DNA from: Leucoraja erinacea
Lineage: Eukaryota
DNA length: 64,000 nt
Assembly: GCF_028641065.1 (NCBI RefSeq)
Contig: NC_073406.1
Coordinates: forward strand, 5,766,001-5,830,000
Direction: 5' to 3'
The notes beneath the pieces are model-generated. The model worked only from the letters and a program-made list of their open reading frames with translations. It did not search any database and was not told the origin of the DNA. Shown here in pieces: positions 51,901 to 64,000 of this stretch. The number at the start of each line of letters is the position of its first letter. The stretch's first letter is position 1. A program made the position numbers and the translations under genes.

Positions 51901-52895
51901 TCATGTTCAAATGTTCTTTATGTCCCCAGTTTAGATGTTAGGCACAATATTTGACATCTCTCCCATTTCATTCTTCATTCTCTTTTCTCCCGTCCCTTCC
52001 TTTGATTGACACATGGTTTGCTTTTACAAATCTTCTTTGCCCGTTGATGTAAAACCGCTTGCAATTTGTTTATGCGTTTCAGGAGCAGAATTGGGCCATT
52101 CGGCCCATCAAGTCTGCTCCACTATTCAATCACGGCTGATCTATCTTTTCCTCTCAATCCCATTCTCCTGCCTTCTTCCCATAACCTGATAGATACCCTT
52201 ACTCATCAAGAGTCTCTTGTTATATTTTTGCATGTTTCCACCCAGAGAGTTGTGAATCTGCGGAATTCTCTGCCTGGGAAGGCAGTGGAGGCCAATTCCC
52301 TGGAGGCTTTCAAGAGAGAGTTAGATAAATCTCTTATAGAGGAGTGAAGGGATATGGGGAGAAGGCAGGAGCGGGGTACTGATTGTGGATGATCACAGAG
52401 AATGGCGGTGCTGGCTCGAAGGGCCGAATGGCCTACTTCTGCACCTGTTGTCTATTTGGTTCCAAACCCCACCGACCACGTGCGTAGGAAGGAACTGCAG
52501 ATGCCGGTTTACACCGAGGATAGACACAAAGTGCTGGAGAAGGGGTTCCGAGCCGAATCCTTTCTCTCCAGAGATGCTGCCTGACGGCTGGCTCAGTTAC
52601 TCCAGCACTTTGTGTCCACCGACCGGCCGGCTTCCAGTATGATTCAGATACAATTCCCCGGGCTCTGAGTTGAATTCCATTTGCTGAGAGACCCACCAAA
52701 CGCTGCCTGCATTGAACCGCTGAGTAATTACAGCCTCTTGTTTTAACACAGCAGCAACAGTCAGCACTAAGGCTCCTCCTACCCATTCCGAGCCACACGT
52801 GGCCAAAGTTTACCGGCAAAATTCAAAGGCTCCTGTCCCTCTGAGCTCAGTGTCCTCCCGCACGTCCCCAGAGACAGGTCAGCGAGGATCCGAGG

Positions 52896-52961
52896 ATGAG
52901 TCGCTGGGGTTTAGCCACCGGGTTGTGGCTCTGGTTGATGGCCACGGCTGCATGCGGAGAG
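52896..52961 (+). CDS. Signal-peptide first exon, probably of a TNF receptor superfamily gene (TNFRSF8 or TNFRSF1B)
   Basis: aggATG; MSRWGLATGLWLWLMATAACGE, then consensus donor GAG|gtaagt, phase 0; unique CpG-containing sequence; synteny places TNFRSF8/TNFRSF1B after MIIP. Confidence 0.65.
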
Positions 52962-54189
52962 GTAAGTCCCATAGTGATAAATCCTATCTTTTAGCTCTTG
53001 TCTCATTCTTCACGTGTGTTTAAGAAGGAACTGCAGATGCTGGGCAAATCGAAGGTAGACAAAAAAAAGTGCTGGAGAAACTCAGCGGGTGCGGCAGCAT
53101 CTATGGAGCGAAGGAAATAGGCAAAATTTCGGACCGAAGCCCTTCTTCAGACTGAAGTCTGAAATTCATTTCACTTGCAATGTGACGAATACAACTGTAT
53201 TGTATTGTAAGTTGGATTGTAACTCGGAGTCGGACTAAGGGCATTTAAATCCACGTTTGCATTTGTAGGATGTGCGCCCACCATCGTTCAAGATTTAAAT
53301 ACTGGATAGTAATTTCGGAGGCTATTCCTTTTCTCCAGCGATGCTAGCTGCGTGACCCGCCGAGTTACTCCAGCATTTTTTTGACTGTCTTCGTGGGGGG
53401 GGTGAACCAGCATCTGCAGTTCCTCGCTACACAATAGTAATTTCGTGTCGGCGCTCCAGCGACTCAGATCTATCCACGCGTTCAAAATAAAAGAAGCAGG
53501 AATAGTCAGCAGAATTCCCTCTAGACCATCCCCGCCCGTTTGCTTCAATTGTTCGACGGGGGTGGAATTGAGAAGACGGGGATGTGTGGGAAGGAACTGC
53601 AGATGCTGGTTTACACCGAAGATAGACGCAGAATGCTGGAGTAAATCAAAAATGCTGGAGAAACTCAGCGGGTGCAGCAGCATCTATGGAGCGAGGGAAA
53701 TAGGCAACGTTTCGTCCCGAAACGTTGCCTATTTCCCTCGCTCCATAGATGCTGCTGCACCCGCTGAGTTTCTCCAGCATTTTTTGTCTACCTTCGATTT
53801 TCCAGCATCTGCAGTTCCTTCTTAAAACGCTGGAGTATATCATGGGGTCAGACAGGCAGCAGGCAGCATCTCTGGAGAGAAGGAAGGAATGGGTGATGTT
53901 CTCGGATCTGAAGAAGGAGAGATGGTCTCGACCCGAAACGTTGCCTATTTCCCTTCGCTCCATAGATGCTGCTGCACCCGCTGAGTTTCTCCAGCATTAT
54001 TTGTGTGTACCGCCCATTCCTTCTCTGCCCGTCCCGCTCAGTTACTCTAGCATTTTGTGTCTGTCCTTCTTTATTGAGTAGAGAAAGAGAGAGCGAGAGA
54101 GAGAGAGAGATTTCCCAGAGTAAAATCCAACAGCAGCGCGAGGTTGAGTAGTCGCCGATAGTCGGGTAACTAGGCAACCTCTCTCCACC

Positions 54190-54224
54190 CCACTCCACTC
54201 CACTCCACTCCACTCCACTCCACT
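54190..54224. repeat. (CCACT)n microsatellite
   Basis: Direct reading. Confidence 0.95.
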
Positions 54225-55046
54225 CTCTCTGAAACTGCTCCAGAACGAGACCTCTTAATGAAAAAGCACGGGGGGAAGAAAAGACAGTCTCGGGGAGCTG
54301 CAGAATCTTGAGGAACTCGGCGAGTCAGGCAATATCTGGGTAGGAAATGAAGAAGGGTCTCGATTTCTCGAAACGCCGCCTTATCCATTCCCTCCACAGT
54401 TTCTGCCTGACCCGCTGGGTTTCCCCAGCAGTTTGTGTTTTTGCTCACGGGACCTGATCTCTGGTCTTGAAGGAGAGTTCTGACCCGAAACGTTGCCTGC
54501 TCCTTCTCTCCATGGATGCTGCCTGACCCTCTGAGTTACTCCAGCATCTTGTGACCACCTCTGGTCTGGAGGCTCATCCCAGCCAGCCACGGCGGGTTAG
54601 TATTGGTCACTTAATAATGAACGGCGAGAGACTTGAAACTGCGAAGTCGAGCTTTGCCGGAGTGAATGGAGATGAGATTAACAAAGTGCTGGAGTAACTC
54701 AGCGGGGCGGGCAGGGTCAGGGGGGAGTAGATAGGCGATGTTTCGCGTCGGGATCCTTCGGGATTATTTGTGATTGGGAATAATGGAACTAACGGTGTCT
54801 CGACCCGATACGTCGCCCATTCCCTCCACGCAGTGATGCTGAGTTACTCCAGCGTTTTGTGTCTATCTAAAGTTCGATTGTTTCAATGAAAACAAAAATG
54901 TGCATGACACTTTAAAGGAAGCAATAGGAGAAATTCTACCGCTGGAAGGAAGGACGGCTGAATATTTAAAATATTTGTGGGGGGAAATAACTTGTCCCGT
55001 AAAACATTAGCGAAGAAAATCACAAATTGCCTGAAACTGAAGATGA

Positions 55047-55047
<1 letters not shown>

Positions 55048-55088
<41 letters not shown>
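55048..55088. repeat. (TG)n(AG)n compound microsatellite
   Basis: Direct reading. Confidence 0.95.
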
Positions 55089-55642
55089 AGCAACGTGGGT
55101 TTGTGACTTGACTGGATGGGGGTGGGGTATAAGCGTCTTAGATGGACCGGGAACTGCGGGCAGGGGGGTTTTGTCCTTTATTGGACTTGATTAACAGAAC
55201 ATTTCTTAGTGCTGCTGACTCTTGCGCTGTTTCAATTTTCTTGGAATGGCCGAAAGCGTTGATCGTGTTGCAAGGGTCTGTGTGTGTCGCATGCACCGGA
55301 TCTGAACTGGAGCAGTGGACGTCAAACGCCACCGCTGTAACTATCAAAGATCTTTGGTAACTATACTGGAGACACAAGGTACTGCAGCAGCTGGAATCTT
55401 GAACAAAAACACAATACAATAATTGTGTTCAAGAAGGAACTGCAGATGCTGGAAAATCGAAGGTACACAAAAATTCAGACTGAAGAAGGGTTTCGGCCCG
55501 AAACGTTACCTATTTCCTTCGCTCCATAGATGGATGCTGCTGCACCCGCTGAGTTTCTCCAGCATTTTTGTGTTCCTACAATACAATAATTGACCGTTTA
55601 CTCTAAAGTTGAACATGATAGCGCCCCCACAAGTATATAGAG

Positions 55643-55863
55643 CAGGGGTTCCCAACTTTTTCCGTCCTGGCAACTTTAATTACACATAACAATGTTATTT
55701 CACTTATTTCTTATTTATGAACAGCTAATGATGAACAGATACCGGGTATACCAGAACCAAACACAGTCAGTCAATGAGAAAAAATCTGTACAAATCCAGA
55801 ATCAACAAATGTACCCCTTGGGGAGGCGGCATTTACCCCCCCCCCCCAGGTTGGGAATCCTTG
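55643..55863. mobile_element. hAT (Charlie-like) MITE
   Basis: TIRs CAGGGGTTCCCAAC / GTTGGGAATCCTTG; imperfect 8-bp TSD atatagag / atgtagaa. Confidence 0.75.
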
Positions 55864-55879
55864 ATGTAGAACGGCCATA

Positions 55880-57400
55880 GTGTTGCAAAGTGCTGGGTGG
55901 TTCAAGAACCTGTCAGTTGATGGGAAGAATCTGTTCTCGAAGGGAGAAGCTTCTGTACCACCTGCTGGATTTTAACAAGAGAAGAGGGCTTGGCCAGGCT
56001 GGTGTGGGTCTTTGATGATATTAGCTGTCTTCTGGAGGCAGTGTATCCTGTAAGTCCATTTAATGTTCGGGAGGTTAATGTTAACGCCCTGTAATGGACT
56101 GGGCAATGGACCACCACTTTCTGCAGCTTTCTTTGTTGTCAGGTGTTGGGAGTTACCGGAAGCAGGCCACAATGCAACCAGTCCATCATACACTTGTAGA
56201 GGTTTGAGGTGGTATTTTGTGATTATGCTTCTGACTGAGGAAGTAGATGCACCGGTAAGTTTTCGCTGTGATGTTTTCAATAAGCCGGGTTGGTCAGAGG
56301 TGGATGGTGACAATTCCATTTCTGGAGGGTGGGAAGCACGGTGGCGCAGCGGTAGAGTTGCTGCCTTACAGCCGAGAGACCTGGGATCGATCCTGACTAC
56401 GGGAGCTGTCTGTACACAGTTTGTACGTTCTCCCCATGACCTGCGTGGGTTTTCTCCGGTGTCTCCGGTTTTCTCCCACGCACCAACGACAGGTTAATTG
56501 GCTTAGTATAATTGCAAAATTTCCCTAGTATGTGTCGGATAGTGTTAGTGTGTGGGGATCACTGGCTGGCCTGGACTCGGTGGGCCAAAGGACCTGTTTC
56601 CACGCTGCCATCCTGCAAATGAAGACGGGTGCATGATCCCTTGGCTTTCTCTCCCTAAAGTCAACAATCAGCTCTTTGTTAACATTGGGAGCAAGATTGT
56701 TGTTCTGCACCACTCAACTGGATTATCGACCTCTCTCCTGTTACTGGTTATTTGTCCAACAGTGGTGATCTCATCGGCTTTGGAGCTTTATCTGGCTCTA
56801 CAGCCGCGTTTATAGAGAGAGTAGAAGATTGAGGACACAGCCCTGAGGTGTCACAGTGTTGATGGTTAGCAAGGAAGCAGTGTCGCCAATTTGTACTAAT
56901 CGAGGTTAACTGATAAGCAAGTCAAGGTTTAGTTGCATAGGGAGGAGCAGAGACATTTCCCTGAGTTTGACATTACACATGATATTTGCGATCAATAGTG
57001 GTCTCCAGGATGTTGACCTGCGATGGCAGTAGGCAAATTGGAGTTGATTTGCATCTTACATGCCGTCAGACCCTGTCGGATCTTGTGAAGGTACCCGTCT
57101 CCCATTCAAAGTGAGCATGGGAAGTGTTCATGTAATGCATCACTGTCACTTGAGCTACTAGTTAGGAAGTGATGGCGTGCAAACCCTGCCACATTTGCCA
57201 AATATCTGTGTGAGCCTCCAGTTTAGTATGAAAATGTCTCCTTATATTAGTGATGGCCTTCTGGAGATCGGATCTGGACTTCATATATAACTTCAGGTGG
57301 ATTGACTTGAACGCTGCAGATCTAGTCCTCAGTAGGTTGTAGATTACTGGTTCATCCAAGGCTTCTGGTTAGGGAGCTGTCCTTATGAACATTTCCTTAT
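55880..57400 (-). mobile_element. Degenerate Rex1-type LINE interrupted by a SINE
   Basis: Fragments CLQKTANIIKDPH.PG.ALFS, NNNLA.NV.KELIVDFR, QMWQGLHAIT. Confidence 0.65.
56335..56610 (+). mobile_element. HE1-like tRNA-derived V-SINE
   Basis: A box gtggcgcagcggtag, B-box-like gggatcgatcc, V-domain gtttgtacgttctccccatgacctgcgtggg. Confidence 0.85.
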
Positions 57401-59949
57401 GAAGTTTGTCACAACCATGCACACTGGTTTAGGTTGGGTGCAGAGTCCTTTAACATCATCTAGTCTACCGACTCCAAGAAGTTGCAGCATCATTGTTCTG
57501 TATAATTCCCTTCACTGGAGCTGGACTCTACAGCCGCTGCCTACAAACAGGAAGAAGCAGCACTGTCAGATGGTCCAATTTTTCCAAATGCACAAGCATT
57601 AAAGCAATGGATATCTCATTGGAGTAGCAGTGGCTGAGAGTGATTCTCTGGTGCTGCTGGGAATGTGATGATGGTGGTTTGGCAGTGCCTTCTTCAAGAT
57701 AGCTTTGTTGAAGTCTCGGGCAATGATAGAGAAAGCATCGTTGGACACTGCCTGGTGTTTGCTGGCAGCGGCTTATAGTTCCTCAAACGCTAGCCGAACG
57801 TTAGCCTGGAACAGGATGCAGACTGCAGTCATGGGAGTGGAGGTGAATTTCCTTGGCAGGGAGAAGGGACGATACTTCACTGTTAGATGTCCCGTATGGG
57901 GTGAGCAGGAGTTGGGCAAGAGCCGTGTAATTCATGTGGTTAGTACGTGCAAGATCAGACTTTCAAATGCAACCAAATGAAATTTCAAGATGATTGACCT
58001 TTCTGAATCTGAATCATTCATTTTCTGAGCAGAGGGCAAGGGCAGCAGATATTGCACGCAAGAGACTCATCACCCAGTCACGTAGTCACTGTAAAAAGGG
58101 GCATGTTTTATTTAATTGAAGAAAACGTTTAATTTAGAAAAATCTGCAGATGCTGGAAATTTGAAATAAGATAAAAGCCGAAAATGCCGACAAAATTGAG
58201 TAGGTCTGACATCATCAATGGAAAGTGGAATAAATCACACGCCATAGACATTCCGTGTAGATCTCCTTACACTGTGGATCACAGGCCAGCTGCTTGTCCC
58301 TGGGTCAGGGCAGTGCAAGGAACACCTGAGTGAAATGCCTCGCGTAACACTTCGACCCAGCATCAACCCGACCTGAACAGCAATGGTGATTTCCAAATTG
58401 TACCCTCGTTGTTGACCCTTTGCTTGTCACTGTTTGAAGGGGAGGTTTACCAGCTTAAAAGGGCATAAAAACAGTGCCCTCATCTTTCTCAGTAATCTAA
58501 TCATCAACGGGCTGATTGAGGAACAACTTGCTGTTAGTTGCACAAGCCATCCTCATCATGACAGGAAACACTTTTTTGTAACTGGAGTAAATCCGCAACA
58601 ATCCTCTTCTCCCCCCCCCCCCCCCCCCCCCCCCCACCCCTCCCTGTCACCTACCCTCAGTGATACAATCACACCATTGTGAATGCTTGGAGCGGAAGAT
58701 AAACAGTGTTCTGAGGGATGTTCGATGTGGTAAGTACTGAAGTCTGAATGCACTTTATGAAGAGAGGAAACGGTGGGGGTGATGCTGCAGTTCTTTGAAT
58801 GGGTCTTTACTGGTGAGATGCAATCAGCTGTGGTTTGGTTGTATTTCTTCATGCATGACCTACTGATCTGGCCGGATAGGATAATCGGAATTGTGAGTTT
58901 ATATCTGACGTATGTTCATTCACAAGTCAGGGAGTTCACTCCTATTCATCTCCAATTCGAGAAATGAATGGAGTATCATTGATCGGACTTTGCTGGCTTT
59001 ACCTTGCACTAAACGTTATTCCCTTAACATGTATCTATGCACTGTAGATGGCTCGACTGTAATCATGTATTGTCTCTCCACTGACTAGATAGCAGGCAAC
59101 AACAGCTTTTCTGTATCTCGGTACACGTGACAATAAGCTAAGCAGAACAGTGCACAATCTTTAAAGTTGCTCTTGATATTCAACAGGTGTAAATCAAAAA
59201 ACTACAAATGTTGAAGATCTTTAATAAAAGCAGAAAATGTTGGAAATATTTAGTGGCCCAGGCAACAGCTGATGAGTATGTGACTGAAATGTCAAGTTCG
59301 TTACTCTTTTCACATATGCAGCCTGGCCTGTTGAATGTTTGCAGCATTTTCAGTGTTTATTTCTCAATATTTAGCAGACTGGAGGCAAGGAATGTCTGGC
59401 TGGGGATCGGGACGAGAAAGTCTGTAGGCACTGTTCCCTTTTAAGATTGGCAACCATGTTAACAGCCTCGTTGGGTTTATTATCTGATCTGGTACAAGTA
59501 CATGGATAGGAAAGGTTCAGAGGGATGTGGGCCGAACATAGGCCGTCTGAAGAAGGGTCTATCCATACTGCCTGACAGCTGAGTTACTCCAGCCTCTATC
59601 TTAGGGTGTAAACCTGCATTTGCAGTTCCTTCCTACACAAGCAAAAAGGACTAGATTAAATGGGGCATCTTGATCGGCATAGAGGATTTGAGCCAAAGTG
59701 ACTGTTTCCGTGCTGTATGCCTCTATAACCTGAAGGAGCACATGGGATCTTGGTCCATATTCGCAACCAGAAGAAAGCTCTGTGTGCTGACAATGCTGCA
59801 CTCCCCCAGCACACTGAATTGTCCGCCTGGATTTGTCCTGCAGGATGGCTCGAGAGAGGATTCTTTTGGAAAAGTTACAGGTTTAAAAAAAAAAAAAAAA
59901 CAGTCTTGATTCCCACCCAGTAATTCTGGGTTTGCTTATAATGTTGAGG

Positions 59950-60580
59950 TAGCAAGTGGCTGCCTCGCCCACAGTCTGTCTGTCCTTTCTTCTGTTTTTA
60001 TTATTTTAAGTACGTGTTAAAGTGTATGTTTTAGTGTTACTTGGATTGTTTGATGTGGGGGGTGGGGGGGAAACTTTTTTCAATCTCTTACCTCGACGGA
60101 GACGTGATTTTTTTTTCCACGTATCGTATCTCCGTCCCCGCTGCGGCCTAACATCATGCAGTGGCGCGGCCTTTCCTGGAGACTGCCCCGGCGCTATAAC
60201 TGCGGGCGCGGCGTGGACTTACCATCGTGAAGCTTGCGATCCCTCTGCCGGGGATCGACTGTGGGGAGCTCCAACCGCTGGCCTGTGGACTTTAACATCG
60301 TGGAGCCCGCAGTCCCTGGTTAGAGACCGATTCGGGAGCTCCAAGCCGCAGAGAGTTTCAACCAACTGCAGACCGTTCAACAGCCCCGACTACAGTAGAC
60401 TAAAGAGGGAGAAGATTGGACTTTATTACCTTCCATCACAGTGAGGAATGCGGGGAGCCGCTGCGGTGGGATGTTTATGTTAACTTTTATTTGATGTTGC
60501 TTTTCACTTACTATGGCTGTATGGTTACTCAAATTTCACTGTACCTTAATTGGTACATGTGACATTAAGCTGACCTTGAA
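59950..60580 (+). mobile_element. Unclassified CpG-rich non-autonomous retroposon
   Basis: CpG-rich body ending tttcactgtaccttaattggtacatgtgac, a 3' end shared with other repeats in the window. Confidence 0.5.
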
Positions 60581-61471
60581 ACTCTGGTATCACATCTACA
60601 TAACAACCAGGTGTGCAAATGGAACAAGGGCCTCTCAAACATTGGTGAATGAGTCAAGAGCAGACAAAGCCACTGCTGTGGAACGCACTGCACTAACATG
60701 CAAACTGTAACATGCTCTGTCACGCAAGACATTATGGTGATTATTTAAGGCTGGACTTGGCATCGGGCTGTATTTTACAATTTCTGTAATGAACCATCGG
60801 TAATACGAGACTGTCCCTGGGTGAACATCCAAGCAGCAACTGTGTGTGTGTGTGTGTGTGGAGGGGAGACCCTGGGGATGTGTAAGGAGTGGATCCTCAC
60901 CCTGAGTCAAGGATAGAGTGTAAGTTGTGTCTTGACGTGTGGGGTGTTGGGCTCATTTGTCTGCAAACTGGGAGGGATCGTGTTGAAGCAACGAGGAAAA
61001 TATTTAAAAATCAATTTCATTTAGTGGAATTGAGAGGTCCCCTCTCCTGGTGTTTGGAACGAGTGCCATGGCTGTGAATCTTGGGGGCTCGGAGTGCTGA
61101 TGCTTGGGTTTCAATCTGTGGCTCACACTGCAGAGGGTAGTCAACAGGGAACTAGAGTGATACCGATTCTTCTCCAGGCACCATCACGGTATGAATGGCA
61201 CTTGGCCCCATCATCTCTCGGGCAGGAACCACAGATCGTTTCAATGTATCCCAGCCCTGGATTCCCACACTGCAGGGACCTCCCTCGATCCTAGACCGAC
61301 ACCACCCTAGATCCCAGACGGACTCCAACCTCAATCCCAGATGGACACTACCCGCTATCCCAGGCACACGCCGCCCTCATTCCCAGTAGGCCAGTATCTT
61401 GGCCTTACCAAGGCCTTTAATGTCCCAGACAGGAAACCCCTCCCCAAATCCCCTTCCCCAATGCTATTCCC

Positions 61472-61755
61472 CAAGGCTCATCAGCATCTCTTCTTCCTGA
61501 GGAGACTGAAGAAGGTCCATCTGTCTCCTCAGATCCTGGTGAACTTCTACCGCTGCACCATCGAGAGCATCCTTACCAACTGCATCACAGTATGGTATGG
61601 CAACTGCTCTGTCTCCGACCGGAAGGCACTGCAGAGGGTGGTGAAAATTGCCCAACGCATCTATGTCGCTCTTCAAGGGAGATGCTAAATGCATTTCGTT
61701 GTCTCTGTACTGTACACTGACAATGACAATTAAAATTGAATCTGAATCTGAATCG
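61472..61755 (+). mobile_element. Internally deleted Rex1-type LINE 3' fragment
   Basis: KAHQHLFFLRRLKK...NFYRCTIESILTNCITVWYG...LQRVVKIAQRI, then a (tctgaa)n tail. Confidence 0.8.
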
Positions 61756-62241
61756 GTATTGCGTTCACCCCATGGGCAGATACCAGCCTCACTCCAGACT
61801 GCTCACACTTAACTGCCAAGCTCACCCTCACCCCTCATTGCACTAACCCCCTTCTCAACATCACGACCCAACCTCTTGTGATACACCTCAGCCCAATCAC
61901 CCAATCGCCCAACACCCAACACCCAACAACCAACACCCAACACCCACATACACACAACAGCATTATCCTCGCCCACCTGCAAACCCTCACCCTCGGCCAA
62001 CCTTCAGCTCCAAATGAATATCACTTTTCACATCGCCCTCACCATCCGCTACACCTTCACCACAAATCATTACACCTGATGTTGCCTCTGCCGTTCATAT
62101 TATCCCAGCATCATTCTCATGCCCACTCCACCTCAGTTCAGATCAATTCAGTTTAGTTTATTGTCACGTGTACTGAGGTACAGTGAAAGGCTGAGGCCAA
62201 CTTCACACTTACTCCCAACTTCACCTCCATCCTCAATGTTA

Positions 62242-62541
62242 TGGGATTGTCCCACTGTATGAGTTCATTCAAGAGTTCTCCCGAGTTTCGCCTGATTCGA
62301 ACTCGGAGAATTACGGTAATATCCGCTCGTAGGTACTCGGGGCTCTCGTGGACATTTGTCAACGTGTTGAAAAATCTTCACGAGTCTTCCCGAGCTTACC
62401 GCGTTTCCCGAGTACCCGCCGTTAGCGTTACGAGCCGCTAAGAGACATCCCGACGTACCCGCAACGTACATTCCACGTGCTTACCACAGGGTTAAACTCG
62501 GGAGACCTCTTGAATTAGCTCGTACAGTGGGGCAGCCCCCT
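62242..62541. mobile_element. PIF/Harbinger-type MITE
   Basis: Imperfect TIRs tgggattgtcccactgtatgag / ctcgtacagtggggcagccccct with TTA on both sides; related to 27855-28269. Confidence 0.75.
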
Positions 62542-63741
62542 TTACACTTGCCCCACTTCACACAGACGTCGGCCTCAACCCTTCTCTACATTCACCCAAT
62601 TATTACAACCGCTGCAAATCTCTTCATTATTCCCTGGACATCTAAATCTAAATCATTAGTATATGTGAAAAATGCAAGTGATCTAATGCCGAGCCTTTGG
62701 AACCCCAGAGGTAGCAAAAACACACATCAACCATTCCTCTTTGCTTGCCTGCTTACACTGAGCGAATTTCAGATGCAATTTGCCTTGCAGTCTTCGTTGG
62801 TTCCTTTGGGCTTTAACGATTTTAACATCAGCCCCTTCATTAACCTCTTCCCTGGTGTTATCCTTACTTCTACATCCCCATTAGTTTCCTGCATCATCTA
62901 TACTTCATGTTACTGTGACTGTCCAGCAAGTATAATGGAACATAGACCGGGATGGCACAGGAACAGGCCCTTCAGCCCACAATGTCTGTGCACAACATCG
63001 TGTTCTTGCTGGACAACATGCGGCCTGAGTGAGACAGTTTGAAATTGGGGGAGAGTCCCTCATCTGCACAGAGAGATTAGAACTGAAATTGCAAAAGATA
63101 TGAAACTGTGAAGCAGGCAGATCTCATTAATGACAATATGTGGCTTGGCTGAGCAGTACAACGTCTGTTCTTCTCAAGATGCTGGTGTCCAGCTCCCCAC
63201 AGTAGGAGAAGCTATGGTTAGATACTGTGTACATCTTTTTATTATCTCCGTGGGTTACTTCAAATCAGAGGAGACCCGCCTGGGATGTAACTTCCCTCGC
63301 TCTACACTGCCCCCTATCAGCAGCCAATTCATACTGTTGTCTCGCACCTGTTTCAGCTGAAACCTGACTGAGTATTGACAACTTTTGTTTAGTTTTAATG
63401 AAGTACATGATCTATAACTTGATGGAAAATCTTCCTGTCTGCAATTTGCATACAATATATATGTGAGGGGCATATTGTGATGAGAAACAGCCAAGGGTGA
63501 AACTGTAATAAGTATTACAAACTCTCTATTCTTCAGCTCATTTCATTTAGTTTCCAAATGAGACATTTTCCACTGGACTCTTTTCAAAAGCAACAAATGA
63601 GATGGAAAGTATATTTTGTTTTGCGCATCGTACGGGGCTGTGAAGAAGAAGACCCCATGGGGTGGCATTAATGGCCACGCAGTGTTCCTTCTTGCTCCTT
63701 CCTCTCCACCTTGTTCTTCCTTTCCACTCTGCCCTTCCTTC

Positions 63742-63783
<42 letters not shown>

Positions 63784-63823
63784 TTCCCCCCCCTCCTCTC
63801 CTCCCTTTCCCCTTTAAACATGC

Positions 63824-63855
<32 letters not shown>
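63742..63855. repeat. Poly-C low-complexity tracts; (CT)n at 63968-64000
   Basis: Direct reading. Confidence 0.9.
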
Positions 63856-63965
63856 TGGCCTTTGGTCACTGAATAGATTTAGGAATAAATAGATGGTATC
63901 ATTCATGGTTTGAAAAGCAGTATCTTTATTCCTGTCAATGGGAAATTCCTGAATGACAGTAACAG

Positions 63966-64000
<35 letters not shown>

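Larger units (their letters stand above)
53015..55590. mobile_element. Dense cluster of Penelope-type short repeats in both orientations, including a 67-bp perfect palindrome
   Basis: Roughly ten full or partial copies of aaggaactgcagatgctgg...actcagcggg...cagcatct...cgaaacgt. Confidence 0.75.

Noticed and set aside
53015-55590. Recurrent repeats with spacers as a CRISPR-like array
   Set aside because: Eukaryotic DNA; copies vary in length and orientation and belong to a dispersed retroelement family.
56340-56400. tRNA-like sequence
   Set aside because: It is the tRNA-derived head of a V-SINE and lacks a complete cloverleaf.

Overview
Vertebrate genomic DNA, most likely a cartilaginous fish (skate or ray), inferred from HE1-like V-SINEs and CR1, Rex1 and Penelope-type repeats. 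All genes are on the + strand and follow the PLOD1-MFN2-MIIP-TNFRSF synteny block. In order: the 3' end of PLOD1, a complete MFN2 (17 coding exons, 757 aa), a complete MIIP (9 coding exons, 546 aa), a small two-exon secreted THSD8-like gene, and an isolated signal-peptide exon that is probably exon 1 of TNFRSF8 or TNFRSF1B. The main finding is a tandem duplication of the PLOD1 exon carrying the catalytic HxD iron-binding motif. Both 126-nt copies are intact, heavily diverged at synonymous sites, and flanked by RBFOX/QKI motifs, so they are candidate mutually exclusive exons that would switch the lysyl-hydroxylase active site. Other points: Penelope-type repeats with hammerhead-ribozyme cores, perfect 32-bp and 67-bp inverted repeats, and RFX X-boxes at the MIIP and THSD8-like promoters. 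Exon coordinates were derived by hand. Homology calls are from recalled sequences, not database searches, and repeat boundaries are approximate.
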